Source of the DNA: Hormiphora californensis
Lineage: Eukaryota > Animalia > Ctenophora
Length of the DNA: 64,000 nt
Reading direction: 5' to 3'
Assembly (NCBI GenBank): GCA_020137815.1
Contig: CM035362.1
Span: 992,001-1,056,000 of the forward strand
Below the pieces are notes generated by a model, which was not told the origin of the DNA, searched no databases, and worked only from the letters and a program-made list of their open reading frames with translations. Below are positions 16,601-32,338 of this stretch, one piece after another; the first letter of the stretch is position 1; each line of letters opens with the position of its first letter. The translations under genes were made by a program, and so were the position numbers.

Positions 16601-19600
16601 GGTTCAAAATGGGAAAGTTTCTTAGAGATTAGGAGGGTCAAAGTGGGAAAGTTTCTTCGAGATTAGGAGGGTCAAAGTGGGAAAGTTTCTTAGAGATTAG
16701 GAAGGTCAAAGTTTCTTAGAGATTAGGTGCCATTCTACTCATTTACCTGTTCCGTTATTCCAGTAGTTATCTCTTCAATAACAAACTCATCTTCCTTTTT
16801 AGCCTCCTTCTTCTTTGCCCTCTTCTTTTGGTTCTTGCTCAGCTTCGGTTTATTACTCGCCGCCAAATCCGCCTGAAGGAGGAAAATTTAATCAATTGTT
16901 GCAGAGTTGCATTAGAAATGTGTTAAATAAATTTATATCCCTCAAATATCCTAACAGAGAGGGTCTAGCAATCTGTCACAGATTTCTAGACCCTCTCTGT
17001 AAATTGTTACAAAGACTCACGTTAGTCATCCGTTCCTCTGATTTGGGTGTGGGCCCTGTGTATCCAGGTATAGCAGTAGCACCCTCGGACCACTTCTTCC
17101 CCTTAGACCTGTACGTGTCTTGCTCGTCTTGTGGAACGTATCCCTGCCAAGGAGAGGGAGAGAGGTGGTTAGGGAACGTAGCCCTGCCAGGGAAAGAGGG
17201 GTTATAAACTGGGGTTAGAGAATCACGGGTTGGGAACAGTAAATTAGTCAGAAATTCCAATAAAATTCTCTCCACAATTACCTCCTTCACATATTTGACG
17301 GGTCTCCAGGAACCATCAGGACGCTGGGTGGAGGGGATGAACATCCTGCCTTGGGCATCTCTCTGCAGGCTCGCTTCAAAGTTCATTGGCTATTGTACAA
17401 TGTTATAGTAGAGGTTAGTACGGTGGGAACATTTCAAATACAACCGTAGTTCCAACTAGATCCAAAAACCAAACAAGTTTGGTGGATAGCCGGGGCCGCA
17501 GAAATTAAAAAACGTGCGAAAGTTTTGATACATGAACTTTCGGGGCCTGGGGTGCTGTTAAATTCGCGTTTCCATGATTATAACCAGCAACATTTTCAAA
17601 CTATACGCTAGGAAACTATCGCAATGATCAAATTATCATTATTTTTATATTCCGCATTATCAAACATACAGATCAACACATGTCCACGTATAATAATGTA
17701 CTGCGCACAGTGGCCATTGGGTCGTTTCAGAGTCTGTTTTACAGAATAATAGTATGCTTTGAATGAACGGCTGACTATTATATCATGGAAACGCGAATTT
17801 AACAGCACCCCAGGCCCCGAAAGTTCATGTATCAAAACTTTCGCACGTTTTTTAATTTCTAGCGGCCCCGGCTATCCACCAAACTTGTTTGGTTTTTGGA
17901 TCTAGTATCAGGCATTTTGTTATACTACGACATGCATTTTGTAATACTAGCTGAATTTAATAAACGCGATTAAACGATTGGGGATTCACGGACTTTTTCA
18001 ATCGTAGGTAGCCTCATAATAATCGCAGAAATCCAATTGCGAATATCAATTGCGAATATCAATTGCGAATATCTAATATATTATCATTATAGTAATCACG
18101 GATAACCAATCGCGGATAGCTGATCATGAATCCGTTATAAGTATTATAAGCTATCGCGATTAGCTATCTGCGAATATGCTATCTGCGATTGGTTACTATT
18201 ATATTACTTATTCGCGATAAGTTATCGTGATTAGTTATCCGCGATTACTATTATAATTGATTAGTTATCAGCATTTGATATATTCGCGATTGGTTCTCCG
18301 CGATTGTTCTATGATTTTGATTATTAGTCACGGATAATGATCATGGTTAAGCATTGATATTTGATAATCAGATATATCTGATACAATCAGGTTTTAGGTG
18401 CTAATTCGCTCTTTTCTCAGTGATTTTTAAAATCGTCGTATATTTAAGACAGTCATAACTCTAGATATGACTACCAATTATAACTGGAAATGCGGCAATA
18501 AACTTAATTTTATAAAATAAATCTGATTCAATGTTAATTTAGACTCTGAATCGCTTCTTTCTAGGCTTTTTTAAAATCGTCTTAAATTTAAGACAGTCAT
18601 AAATCTAGATATGACCACCAATTATACCTGAAAATACAGCAGTTGACATACGTTGGCAAAATATATATGATAAAATCGTGATTTGTAGTTTAATTTGCTC
18701 TTTTCTAGGTTTTTTTAAAATCGTCTTAAATCTTAATACAGTCAGATACCCGTAACTGAAGAACCGTAACTCGGATTTGCTTGAAATTTTGATAGTGTTT
18801 TCAAGATGTCAAGGCAACACCACGTACCAAGCGGTGTATTCGTAGAATGACGGGAAGGCTGTCTTAGACGCCAAAGAAAACTTAAGACAGTCATAACTTT
18901 TGTTATGACTGTCCGTTTTATCTGTCCAAGCTTTAATACAAGGTACACCACTAGACCTACCGACTCCCAAAGTTTCATTGTGATAGCTTTAAAACTGTGG
19001 CCTCTATTGTGTACGCAAAAAAGTGGTTATTTTACGGTCGTTCGTGACGCGAAAAACGGACATTTTGTCTAAAATACGACCCTCTGTAACGTAAAAACCG
19101 TAACTCCGATTTTCATGAAATTTTGAACGTGTGCTCTAGGTGTCAAGGCAACACGAACTACCAAGCGGCAAGTTCGTAGGACAACGGGAAGGTTGTCTAA
19201 AACAAAGTTGAAATTGCCGATTTCAGACAATAAGTATAGTAGCGCTGTCAAAATTTTCAAAAATTTTCAAAAAATTTAAAATTTTTTTTTCGCAATTTCG
19301 ATTTTCCATTCAATGGAAGCAAGAATGCTTGGAAAATGGACATTTTTAAGGGAAGGATGGTTGGGGGAGGGAGGATTGGGCCCCGGGCGCTTGCCAGCGC
19401 TATGATACCAAGTCAAAACCGGTCATGTGTTAACGTGACGATGGCTATGCAGTTAATGATCGATTTAGTGGGATGGTGATTCTCGGCCCCTCTAAAAACA
19501 ATGCATGGAGGGGTTACTAGTATTTAGGAGGCTCTAAAAAATCATGTATATAACACCTACTTGAAACTTTGTTGAATTTCTGTGCTTCGAACTTGGAAGG

Positions 19601-19989
19601 GAGGGCCGTGGTTAGGGCTGGTATTGCCGTCATGATCTTATACATGGTTCGTCCGATATCTTCAGCATTTTGTAGTGTCCCACCAGTCTAGGGAGGGGGG
19701 GGGGGGTCAGTTGTAAATAGGGGGAGATACTCTGGGGAGGGTTGTAAAAACTCAAAGTGGGGAGGGGGCATTCTGTAGGAGGGAAGGGGCCGAGGGGCTA
19801 GTACATACCTTGAGTATATTTCCCTCGTTGTCTGCTGTTAGGTTCCCAGTAATGGTCATTCTGTTGGTTATCGCCTGAGAAATAATCAGAGATTATTGAC
19901 TCCGTTGTAAAAACTTTCTCAGAAACAAGGGTCAGAGCGAATCAGTACTGATCGTAACAATGTCGCTCTCCATTCGGACTCACCGCCAT
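10604..19989 (-). CDS. LAMTOR4: Ragulator subunit LAMTOR4, 91 aa; exons 19984-19989, 19809-19874, 19561-19687, 10604-10680
   Basis: Spliced product MAAITNRMTITGNLTADNEGNILKTGGTLQNAEDIGRTMYKIM...KFNKVS|IVSEDGVVMGTVVNNEIHVVKFGDK* follows the LAMTOR4 pattern (GxLxxxEGxVL..GxLxNxE...FKRLSV....VTVS...FVVK). The phase-1 donor at 19560 matches the phase-1 acceptor at 10681, and the length fits the family. Confidence 0.82.
10956..17386 (-). CDS. PYM1: PYM homolog (partner of Y14-Mago, EJC disassembly factor); exons 17282-17386, 17021-17143, 16747-16872, 11164-11265, 10956-11045
   Basis: N-terminal Mago-bind motif FIPSTQRPDGSWR...VKE|GYVPQDE. C-terminal KKLRAIEDLQSKVEAGEIVPDKDQVAKLSKKKELEKQLKEL*. All four introns are phase-0 GT-AG. 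Confidence 0.93.
12523..13247. mobile_element. Foldback MITE (Tc1/mariner-like, TA site), truncated on the right, inserted in the satellite
   Basis: Inverted arms ~12676-12910 and ~13002-13247 are nearly perfect with a ~90-bp spacer. The left terminal ~150 bp has no right counterpart. An empty site (GTTACTTATAGATAAGG) is visible in paralogous satellite blocks at ~15770 and ~16413. Confidence 0.8.
13554..14497 (-). mobile_element. TRIM (terminal-repeat retrotransposon in miniature), 944 bp
   Basis: Two 264-bp direct repeats (13554-13817, 14234-14497), each TGTT...AACA, with a 4-bp TSD GAGA. On the minus strand a PBS-like TGGAGTCAGA follows one LTR and a PPT-like TAGGGG precedes the other. The 416-bp interior shows no gag/pol motifs. 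Confidence 0.88.
17455..17906. mobile_element. Foldback/MITE-like element with ~125-bp near-perfect inverted arms ending ACTAG...CTAGT
   Basis: 17455-17580 is the reverse complement of ~17780-17906 (one indel), with a ~200-bp spacer. Confidence 0.8.
18030..18350. repeat. Degenerate short-period repeat (CAATTGCGAATAT x3; ATCGCG/ATCCGCG motifs in both orientations)
   Basis: Read directly from the sequence. Confidence 0.6.
18400..19520 (+). mobile_element. Probable non-autonomous Helitron-type repeat with internal subrepeats
   Basis: Three ~145-bp-spaced copies of AAAATCGTC.TA.ATTTAAGACAGTCATA (18428, 18572, 18717). Two copies of CCGTAACTC.GATTT....GAAATTTTGA...TGTCAAGGCAACAC (18765, 19098). 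Ends GGGTTACTAG|T. The 5' end is not resolved. Confidence 0.45.
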
Positions 19990-20190
19990 GCTGTTATTAT
20001 TCCTCCAGGATTTGTTGAAGGGTACACTGGCTATAACACATGAAAAATGTTAGAAGAGGGAAGGGAGGGAAGTTTATTAAGGGAAGTTTATTAACAGAGG
20101 GGAGGGGGGTTAAATATGAGACACAGAGATTTTATGTATAAAATGCAAAACGTGGCTAACTCGCCTAAAAACATAAAAACAATACGTCCC

Positions 20191-22302
20191 TCATTCCAAA
20201 TCTCCTAACCCATCAAATGCCAATACACTATCACATAACCCGAAGTTATCACCAACTTCAAGTGAAAACTGTTTGCTTTTCTTGTCTTTCTTCTTCTTCT
20301 TGTGGGCCTTCTTCTCCTTCTTCTTTTTAGACTTCTTCCTCTCTCGAATCTCTCCATCCTCCTCTTCTTCTCCATTGTCAGCATCCCCAGACCCTCCCTC
20401 CTCCCCTTCTTCCTTCTTGTTCTTCTTGGAAACCTGTCTCTCATCAATGTCTTCTTCTGTCTCGGGGGATCTTATAGAATCAGGGGATTGATCTCTCTTC
20501 TGTTTCCGGTCATCAGGTGATTTATCTTTGGACTGATCGGGTGATTTATGTCTCCGGTCATCAGGTGACACCTCAGAAGACTTCTCTTTGGATTTTTCTT
20601 TGGATTGATCGGGTGATTTGTGTTTCCTAGATTTCTTCTTTTTTGTTTCCACCTCTGATCTAGGTGAATCTGAGGACTGATCTGGTTTTGATTTCTTCTT
20701 CTTCTTTTTATCAGTCTGCTGAACGGGTGGTGAGGGTGATTCTACACTTTCCGAGGACTGTCTCCGCCGTGTTTTGGATCGATACCGGGAAACCTCATCT
20801 TTCTGATCATCTTTCAAGGAGTCCTTGGAGTGTTCTGGGGAGTCTTTGCGAGACCGCTTCCTCTTTGGAGAGGGGTCTTTTCGTTTCTTAGAAGAGTCTT
20901 TTTTCTTGTCTTGTTGCGGTGACCTGTCCCTACTATCATCCATTTTCTGCGGTGACTTTCTATCTTTTTTACGTCTTTGCTCTGGAGATGAGACTCTCTG
21001 ATCCTGTGAGAGGTCAGGGGATGGTGATTTCCGGGATTTTGCCTCTTTGAATCGCAGTTTAGAGTACCCACTTTTGGGAGGTTTCTCTTTTTGTTTCAAC
21101 TTTTTATCTTCTTTCTCTCGGATCTGCAACTTTTTATCTTCCTTCTCTACTCTCTCTTTTTTCTCTGCTACCTCTTCTTTTTCTACCCTCTGCTTCTTTT
21201 TTGGAGTCTCGTCCTCTTCTTCAATTAATCTCTCCTCATTTTCGTCACTTGAATAATGATGCTTCTTCTTTTTCTTCTTTATCTTCTTATCCTTCTTCTC
21301 TTTCCTCCTTTTCTTCCCATCTTGCAGGTGGTCAGGTAAGGATGGTCCGTATTGGTCTGTAGAGTTCCCCCTCTCTTCTTTATCATTGAACTCCTCTGGG
21401 TAGAGTTCCTTGTAGCCGCTGTGACCCCACCTGAGAGAGGGTGGAGATGTGAAGCAGTGTTATTGGGGAAACAGGTTTCCAAACGTGTGGGGGTGGGGTG
21501 GGAGGGGTGATATATGGCAAAGGTAATGACTTACTTTGATTTATCGCCATCCTTCATTTCCATTAGTTTTTTATTCCAGTACCCTGTCACATATGTATTT
21601 TGTTCCTTTGAAGAAGGAGGGGAATCCCTTTTCCGTTTTTCTGGCCGCCTCCCTCCCTCCTCCTCCTCTTCTCTCCCCTTTTCCAACTTTCTCTGTTTCC
21701 ACATCTCACTCTCCTCCCACACCTGTAACGTTATTACTTATTGGGCTGTTGGAGTTAAACTTTAACTTAACTTAAAGATATCTGATCGGAGTGTTGTGGA
21801 GTAGACGACATGCAACTTTTCTAGGTAACTGGGAAGTCTACACACTCTTGATTCTTATCTTAATTCATGGGATATTCATGTGTACTGTGTGATGTGATAC
21901 CAAAAGAATGACTGCACTCACTTTTCACAATTTGGATGAAGTTGCGAGATAATACTCGATCTCACGTGCGCGCTCTGAGCTCTACAAAAAGTGTGTTCGG
22001 CGTCAGCGCGGGCCACTAAACCAATAGTGCACTGACAAGGACAGCAGTGTCGGACAACGGACAGAATTCAGCCCAGTGTCCAGTTTTTGGACATGGGCAA
22101 TGTGAGACAATATCTCACTGAGACATTTTCTAGGTAAATGTGAATGAGGAACTTTCTATATTTTCCTGATAATGAAGCTTTTGTGTTTTGATCTGTCATC
22201 TGAGAATTTGGGTCAGTGTTGGTTAATTTCACTTACCCTGTTTGAGCTATCGGTATGTTTTATCCAATTCTTTAGTACTTGCTTATCAATCGACTTTTTC
22301 AT
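20191..22302 (-). CDS. NKAPD1: NKAP domain-containing protein 1 (C11orf57); exons 22237-22302, 21535-21722, 20191-21430
   Basis: MKKSIDKQVLKNWIKHTDSSNR|VWEESEMWKQRKLEK...YWNKKL...K|WGHSGYKELYPEEF matches the NKAPD1 signature, followed by a long K/S/R/D-rich tail. Confidence 0.9.
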
Positions 22303-22571
22303 ATTACTATCACAGGAGGGATATTTGTTAGGAAAGGAAGGATAGGGTCAGGGAAAGGATGGATAGCGGACAACAGCTCGTATTATGAGGGTATAAGGGG
22401 ATAGAAGCTCGTAGTATTTCAATCGTGATGAATCATGTATATCAAACAGAAAGTATGTATAATTCAGAAAACAAAGCACAACAAATCTTCAATAACACCA
22501 TCAACTACTACTTCACAGACAGTCTTTTTCCTCTTCTGTTAGTCTCCTACAGATATAACTCTTCAGAAACT

Positions 22572-27087
<4,516 letters not shown>

Positions 27088-27505
27088 TGTCAGGAGCAGC
27101 AATCGGATTCTTTTGTGCTAAGAAAATGATATTATGTTGTATCTCGATGTTATAACTTATCTTGTAGCCTCGAAAGGGCATGATAATTGCAGTCTGCTGC
27201 CTGTAACCGTGGTGGCCAAACGGACCGGTGGGCACTGGGCGGTGGCCACTGGCCGGCCCACGCGGGCACATGACGCGGCACGCATGAATCACTCATTTGC
27301 TCAAGAGGCAGAAAGTCTTAATGATAGGTGAGGTCATGCGGTGTCTAGTTTGTTCGGCTTGAGAAGAGGCGAGTACAAGGGGAAGAAAGGAAGAATTTCG
27401 AAAATTCGAGAAAAACACAGCGAAAAAAGAACCGGAAATTTTATTTTACATGCCTTACAGCGCGAGCGCGCGGCTTCAATATAGAGCTAAATTTGGCAGC
27501 GCCCT

Positions 27506-27663
27506 TAAAGTCGGATTTTTTGAAACTGTCACCCCAAAATGACCGCGCATTATGTGAAATTTATCAATTTTGACGCGCACACCACACGTTAACATGTGAT
27601 GTGACGCGCAAAAACATTCCGCGCACGAAAAGGGGGGTGACAGTTTCAAAAAATCCGACTTTA
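27506..27663. mobile_element. Small MITE, 30-bp perfect TIRs with TA ends, in the divergent promoter region
   Basis: TAAAGTCGGATTTTTTGAAACTGTCACCCC ... GGGGTGACAGTTTCAAAAAATCCGACTTTA. Confidence 0.75.
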
Positions 27664-27827
27664 CCATTTTCGTCCGGAAACATTTCGCGCATTCCGTTTT
27701 GTGCGCGATCTGGCATCGCAGTTTTGAACTTTTCCATGCGAAAATTCAAAGTTGAAATAACTTTGCGTATTTTTAGAGCGGCAGTTTCGTTGATTCCCTT
27801 TTCAATTTGGTTGTGTGTCCCCGAAAC

Positions 27828-30800
27828 ATGTTACCACTCAGTTTACTAGCTTTATTGGCAGTCTTACTCATAGGTAAGCATCTCAGTAGTCTAATTAGTA
27901 AGTTAGTCTAGAGGCTGTCTGCCGGTCGGGCCCTCACCGAGTACCGACCCTCATGGCGTACGAGAAATGGCCTATTTTTATTAAAACACTTTCTTTTCCA
28001 GGCGTTACAGATGCTGGAACTAAAATAACAGTATATCAGGTATGTCAAGAGACTTAGAAAACATATTCTGAGAATCGTAGAGGAGCTTTAAGTTTCAGTA
28101 AGCACAGACGAGTGTCTTTCATCTACCCTTTTAGTTCTAACATTTTATCTACCCCTAGAGTCCATTAACTTATTATGACGTTGAACACAGGGAGGGAGGT
28201 TGGTTGGAAACCTCAGCCGTGGAGAAAGAGATCCCTTTCAGCTCAAGATTTGAATGCCAGGTAATGGGAGGATATCATTGTTTCCGCCCCATTTTAATTA
28301 CCCCAGTCAGTGGACACGGGGGCGGAACTTGTACTTGGTGGTACAAATTCAAGACCTAATTTTGACATAATATAACTATTTTCAGTTCGTCACATTACCT
28401 TTTGAGTTTCCATATTACGCTGACAAAATAACACGATTAGGAGTTACCAGACTTGGATTTGTGTACACAGGTTAGTGTAGCTGGGGATCAGATCAGTGGT
28501 ATTTCAGGCAATATCAATACGATGAGATATATTGGTGCGGTGTGTCGTGTTTAGTTCTGGTTGCCGAACAAAGGATGGGTGTAAATGGCGCTTCGTCTAG
28601 CTTTGCGATATGACAATGTGCCATGGTTGTAGTACCAACTAATGCTATCGATACCCCCTCTAACAGCAATTCCTTCCTGCAGGACCCTATACCAATGCCA
28701 GACTAACTGAGCTGATGCACATTGCTCCACTGATGAATCTCTTTACATTCAACTCTGGGAATGTAACACAAGCCACTGTACTGGATGAAGGTATGTTGAT
28801 TAGAAGTGGTGGTTTTTTTCTGTCCCCTAGACAATTTAACACCATGACCCCCCTAAACCCCCCTCTACTTCAGGAAAGTCTATATACGTGTTGCAGTGGA
28901 ACAATGTCTCCATTCTCAACTACACAGCAACCTTCCAACTACAGTTACATTTGAATGGTACCATGGTGTTCGCCTATCAGAATATCAGTAGTGAAGTTCT
29001 CAACATGGCTGTTGTTAGTGTCGTCAGTGCCTTCCCCTGGGTCACCTCTGCTACAGGTTAGTAGGAAGCCAGTGCCCAAATGTGGCTGCTTAGTTTAGGG
29101 CTGTTAAATTTGTGATTGATCCCAAAAAGAACATTTCTAAAAGATTATAGAAATCGCATGTGTTCACTAATATCCTGAACCCCCTGATTCCCACATTCAG
29201 CTACCAAAGATCTCACCTACTACGAGTACGAGGAAGTGAAACTAAGTGCTACTGAGGATGTTATTAATGGAACCAGTCTCGTTATCTCACTCAGACAAAA
29301 CTGTCAGGTACATGGGTGATAGGAACAATGCAGTAATAGTCATTACTTGTTGAGTAAGGGGGAACTTACTCAACAAGTCATTACTATATTTAGATTAAAT
29401 TAGCCCAGCTACTTTCCTGTTTTTCCGTCACCTAGCAACCACCCCTCTTCTATTCCAACTCTCCCCTCTCCTCTTCTCAGTTTGGTACCAACTGTACAAC
29501 ATGTACAGATATTGCAGTCACCACACCCTTCTCATGTCAATGGTGCACCACACTACGAAGGTGTAGTGACACATTTGACTCTAGATATGAGGAGTGGGCC
29601 GAACATTGCAGTTCAACAAAAACGGAGTCAACTGAGTGTGCTGCTTTTAGTGAAGGTATGTGGAGACATAGAAAGATGGAGAGAGTGAGATAGAAAAAGA
29701 CAGATAGAAAAAGATAGATAGAAAGTGACAGAGGCAGAGACAGGTCAGAGACATTACATCTCTTTTGTCAACCTTATTGTTTGTTATAGACTCTACAGCG
29801 GAGCCCACAGGAGGCCCTATCGATACTGCTGTTGATAGTTACACTACGTTTGGCGAATGGCTGGAAGCCCTTCTATCGGAGGGAGTACTTGCTTACGATT
29901 CAGGTATCATAATGTTTATTCGGGTGGTTGCCCGCCTTCAATTTAGTTTGGACCTGAGTTATTAGCCGTGATTAAAATTATCTTTCTTTATTCCAGGATC
30001 ATGTTCTAGTGCAGGTCAGTTCTGGAATCCCTTCACTGGATCATGTAACGACTGTATTTATTGTGCATCCTCTGACTGCCAGGTAACAGTTACCGTGGTT
30101 ACCTGTTAACCACTACATGTTAAAACATCTTGGTTTCTAGGAAAATACATTAGAAATCCAATTTAGCCTATCATTTATAACCCCATACTGTCCAGGAGGC
30201 GTGTGCTAACGCGGATAGCACCCTATCTACCAGGACAGACCCCCGGCAAGGAATGAAGGTGAAGGAGTATAACTTCAGGAAACAAACCCATACATCTCCT
30301 TACAAATGTTAGTCTTGTAATATTTAGTTTATACAATAATTCAATTAGTTAATTAATATAATTTTCTTTGTTCTTACTGGGATTTAACCAATTCTCCTCC
30401 CCTACAGCGGCATTTATCGGTATGGTAGCTGGGCTAGCAGTTTGTATCTCTGTCGCCCTAATGTTTACTTGCCTCAAGAGGCGCAGTTACTCTACGCCTA
30501 ATGGACCTGGGGGAATGTGGACTATACCACAAGACCCGGTAAGGGGAGAGTATTTGTCTGATATAGCACACAATGCAGTAGTCCGTGTTTGAGCCTTTAT
30601 GTTGATTTATTTTATTTTCTAGGCATCTGAAGCACAATTGTTGGCACCGGTCTTAAAAAAGAGAGTACCATTTTGTGAAACATAAGGTCAGATATTTTCT
30701 AGAAACACCTTCAGCCTTCTCAACTATTCACCAGCATTTTATAACTAAGTTCAGATTTCCAACGATTTCCTCATCACTATCTCCCTCTTCAGAATGTTAG

Positions 30801-30855
30801 GGACGATAAACCTTTGATTTACGGAACGGGAAGTGATGGATTGGCGAAAGCTTAG
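27828..30855 (+). CDS. Plexin domain-containing (PLXDC/TEM7-like) single-pass receptor, multi-exon
   Basis: Signal peptide MLPLSLLALLAVLLIG. PLXDC-type motifs LPFEFPYY..GFVYTG, HIAPLM and TFQLQLHLNGTMVFAY. PSI domain CTTC...CQWCTTLRRCSDTFDSRYEEW. TM AFIGMVAGLAVCISVALMF. Two homopolymer indels (~30241, ~30656) are needed to join the last exons; without them the stop is near 30684. Confidence 0.8.
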
Positions 30856-31306
30856 AATTGAGATGGACTGAATTGAGCAAAATTGGGCTCAGGAAGTCAT
30901 GATTTGTTGAGTACCCCTTACTGAACTAGAACCCCTTACTGAACAAGTCATGATTATTGATTGGACTCCTTGGAAAAACAATCGAACAATTTACGGTGAA
31001 GTGGCATCTAAGAAATAAGAAAACTGACCCTATTTGAAATGATTCATTGAGTTTGTGAAGTTCTTTTTTTCTTGACAATTTTTATTTCAGATAAGTGTTT
31101 AGAGTTCCTATTTATAACAAACGTATTTATGTACAAGTGGAATTGGTAATTACAATTTGGTTATTTATAATTTGTTTACAATCCATCTTGAATTAAGTGT
31201 TATTTTATGAATTTATGGATTTAAAATTAAGTTGTTATCGGACAGGCCAGCTTTATGTTGTTAGAGCATAGTTCAATAGCTGCGGACCTACACATGAGGC
31301 AGCTGG

Positions 31307-31307
<1 letters not shown>

Positions 31308-31373
<66 letters not shown>
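31308..31373. repeat. (CT)n microsatellite
   Basis: Direct reading. Confidence 0.95.
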
Positions 31374-31376
<3 letters not shown>

Positions 31377-31972
31377 CCCCCCCACGATTTTGTGTTAGAC
31401 ACGCAAGTCGCAATACTCGCCCACTCACTCCACACACCATTTATATTCTCTCTATAACAGCATTTTGTCCGGAAATAATAGAGCTCAGTAAATTGTAATG
31501 AATCCATAAAGTGAGTGATTCTGATGGTTCTCGGCTCTGGGAAGTGGGAAATGGGAATCCGGAATCCCAATGGGGATCCCAGAATCGGTTCAACTCATCA
31601 AATTCATTTTCAACCAGTTCGAGCACTGAACCAAGTCTACATTTTCACACTTCAGTGACGCGCGGTGTCAATTTCTCAAGAACTGGCGCGCAAAATCATG
31701 ACCGTGGGAAAAACGCACCTTTGAGTGTGGGAAAATTTAAGCCGGGTCCCAATTCCCACTGGCCCATGCTGTACCTAACGAGGAGGAGTCCTCTGGCCGT
31801 AAGCCAGATAGACCCCTTGTTACTAGGAGACTGGGTAACTGCACGTGCGGGGTACCCCCAATAGTGCTGAATCCGCACGTGCTGACTCACTTACAGTACA
31901 CCCATTTTGGTTACGTCAAGTATTATCCCGCTCTCTCTTTGTTCACCAAGTTCAACGAAACTCCACCCAACA

Positions 31973-32338
31973 ATGATAGAGACCTTCATCGCTTTCCTGC
32001 TGCTGGCTTCGGCCATCGTAGGAGGACTGGTATTCTTGTGGAACTTTGCCGCCCATGAGACTACCGCAGTCTGGATCGGACTAGACCACCAATGTGCCGA
32101 CAATTCAATCGCACAGGATGCGTGGCTTGAGACCTTGGCTGACGCAGCAGAGGAAACAGAACGTCTCCAGAAGAGCATTATGGAATTTTATAAGTCCTTG
32201 ATGGTTATCTCCAGACCCCCACGCAAGCAGTTGAGCCACGCTCAAACAGAAGTGGATCTAGAGCTGGGACTGCAACACATCGCAACCCAGACCCGAGATA
32301 TGACGTACAAGTGGAGCCTGCCTCCTATCAGTGTCTGA
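31973..32338 (+). CDS. Orphan 121-aa protein with an N-terminal transmembrane anchor
   Basis: ATG in ACAATG context after a pyrimidine tract and AG. Hydrophobic MIETFIAFLLLASAIVGGLVFLW, then a helical acidic segment. No homology recognised. Confidence 0.5.
   Translation: MIETFIAFLLLASAIVGGLVFLWNFAAHETTAVWIGLDHQCADNSIAQDAWLETLADAAEETERLQKSIMEFYKSLMVISRPPRKQLSHAQTEVDLELGLQHIATQTRDMTYKWSLPPISV

Larger units (their letters stand above)
11441..16725 (+). repeat. 34-bp tandem satellite (GAGATAAGGAGGGTCAAAGTGGGAAAGTTTCTTA), roughly 100 units in three blocks, inside PYM1 intron 3
   Basis: Period of 34 read directly (11881 vs 11915). Blocks ~11441-12520, ~13248-13553 and ~14498-16725. Confidence 0.98.

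Noticed and set aside
11441-16725. CRISPR-like array (34-bp repeats with unique inserts)
   Set aside because: Units are contiguous with no spacers. The inserts are a MITE and a TRIM, the context is a eukaryotic intron, and there are no cas genes.
17390-17835. Candidate last LAMTOR4 exon near the foldback
   Set aside because: Translations tried there do not resemble the LAMTOR4 C-terminus. Exon 10604-10680 matches in phase, length and motif.
31380-31460. TSP1-like peptide INGVWSEWASIATC on the minus strand
   Set aside because: Isolated 14-residue resemblance running into a microsatellite, with no supporting exons.
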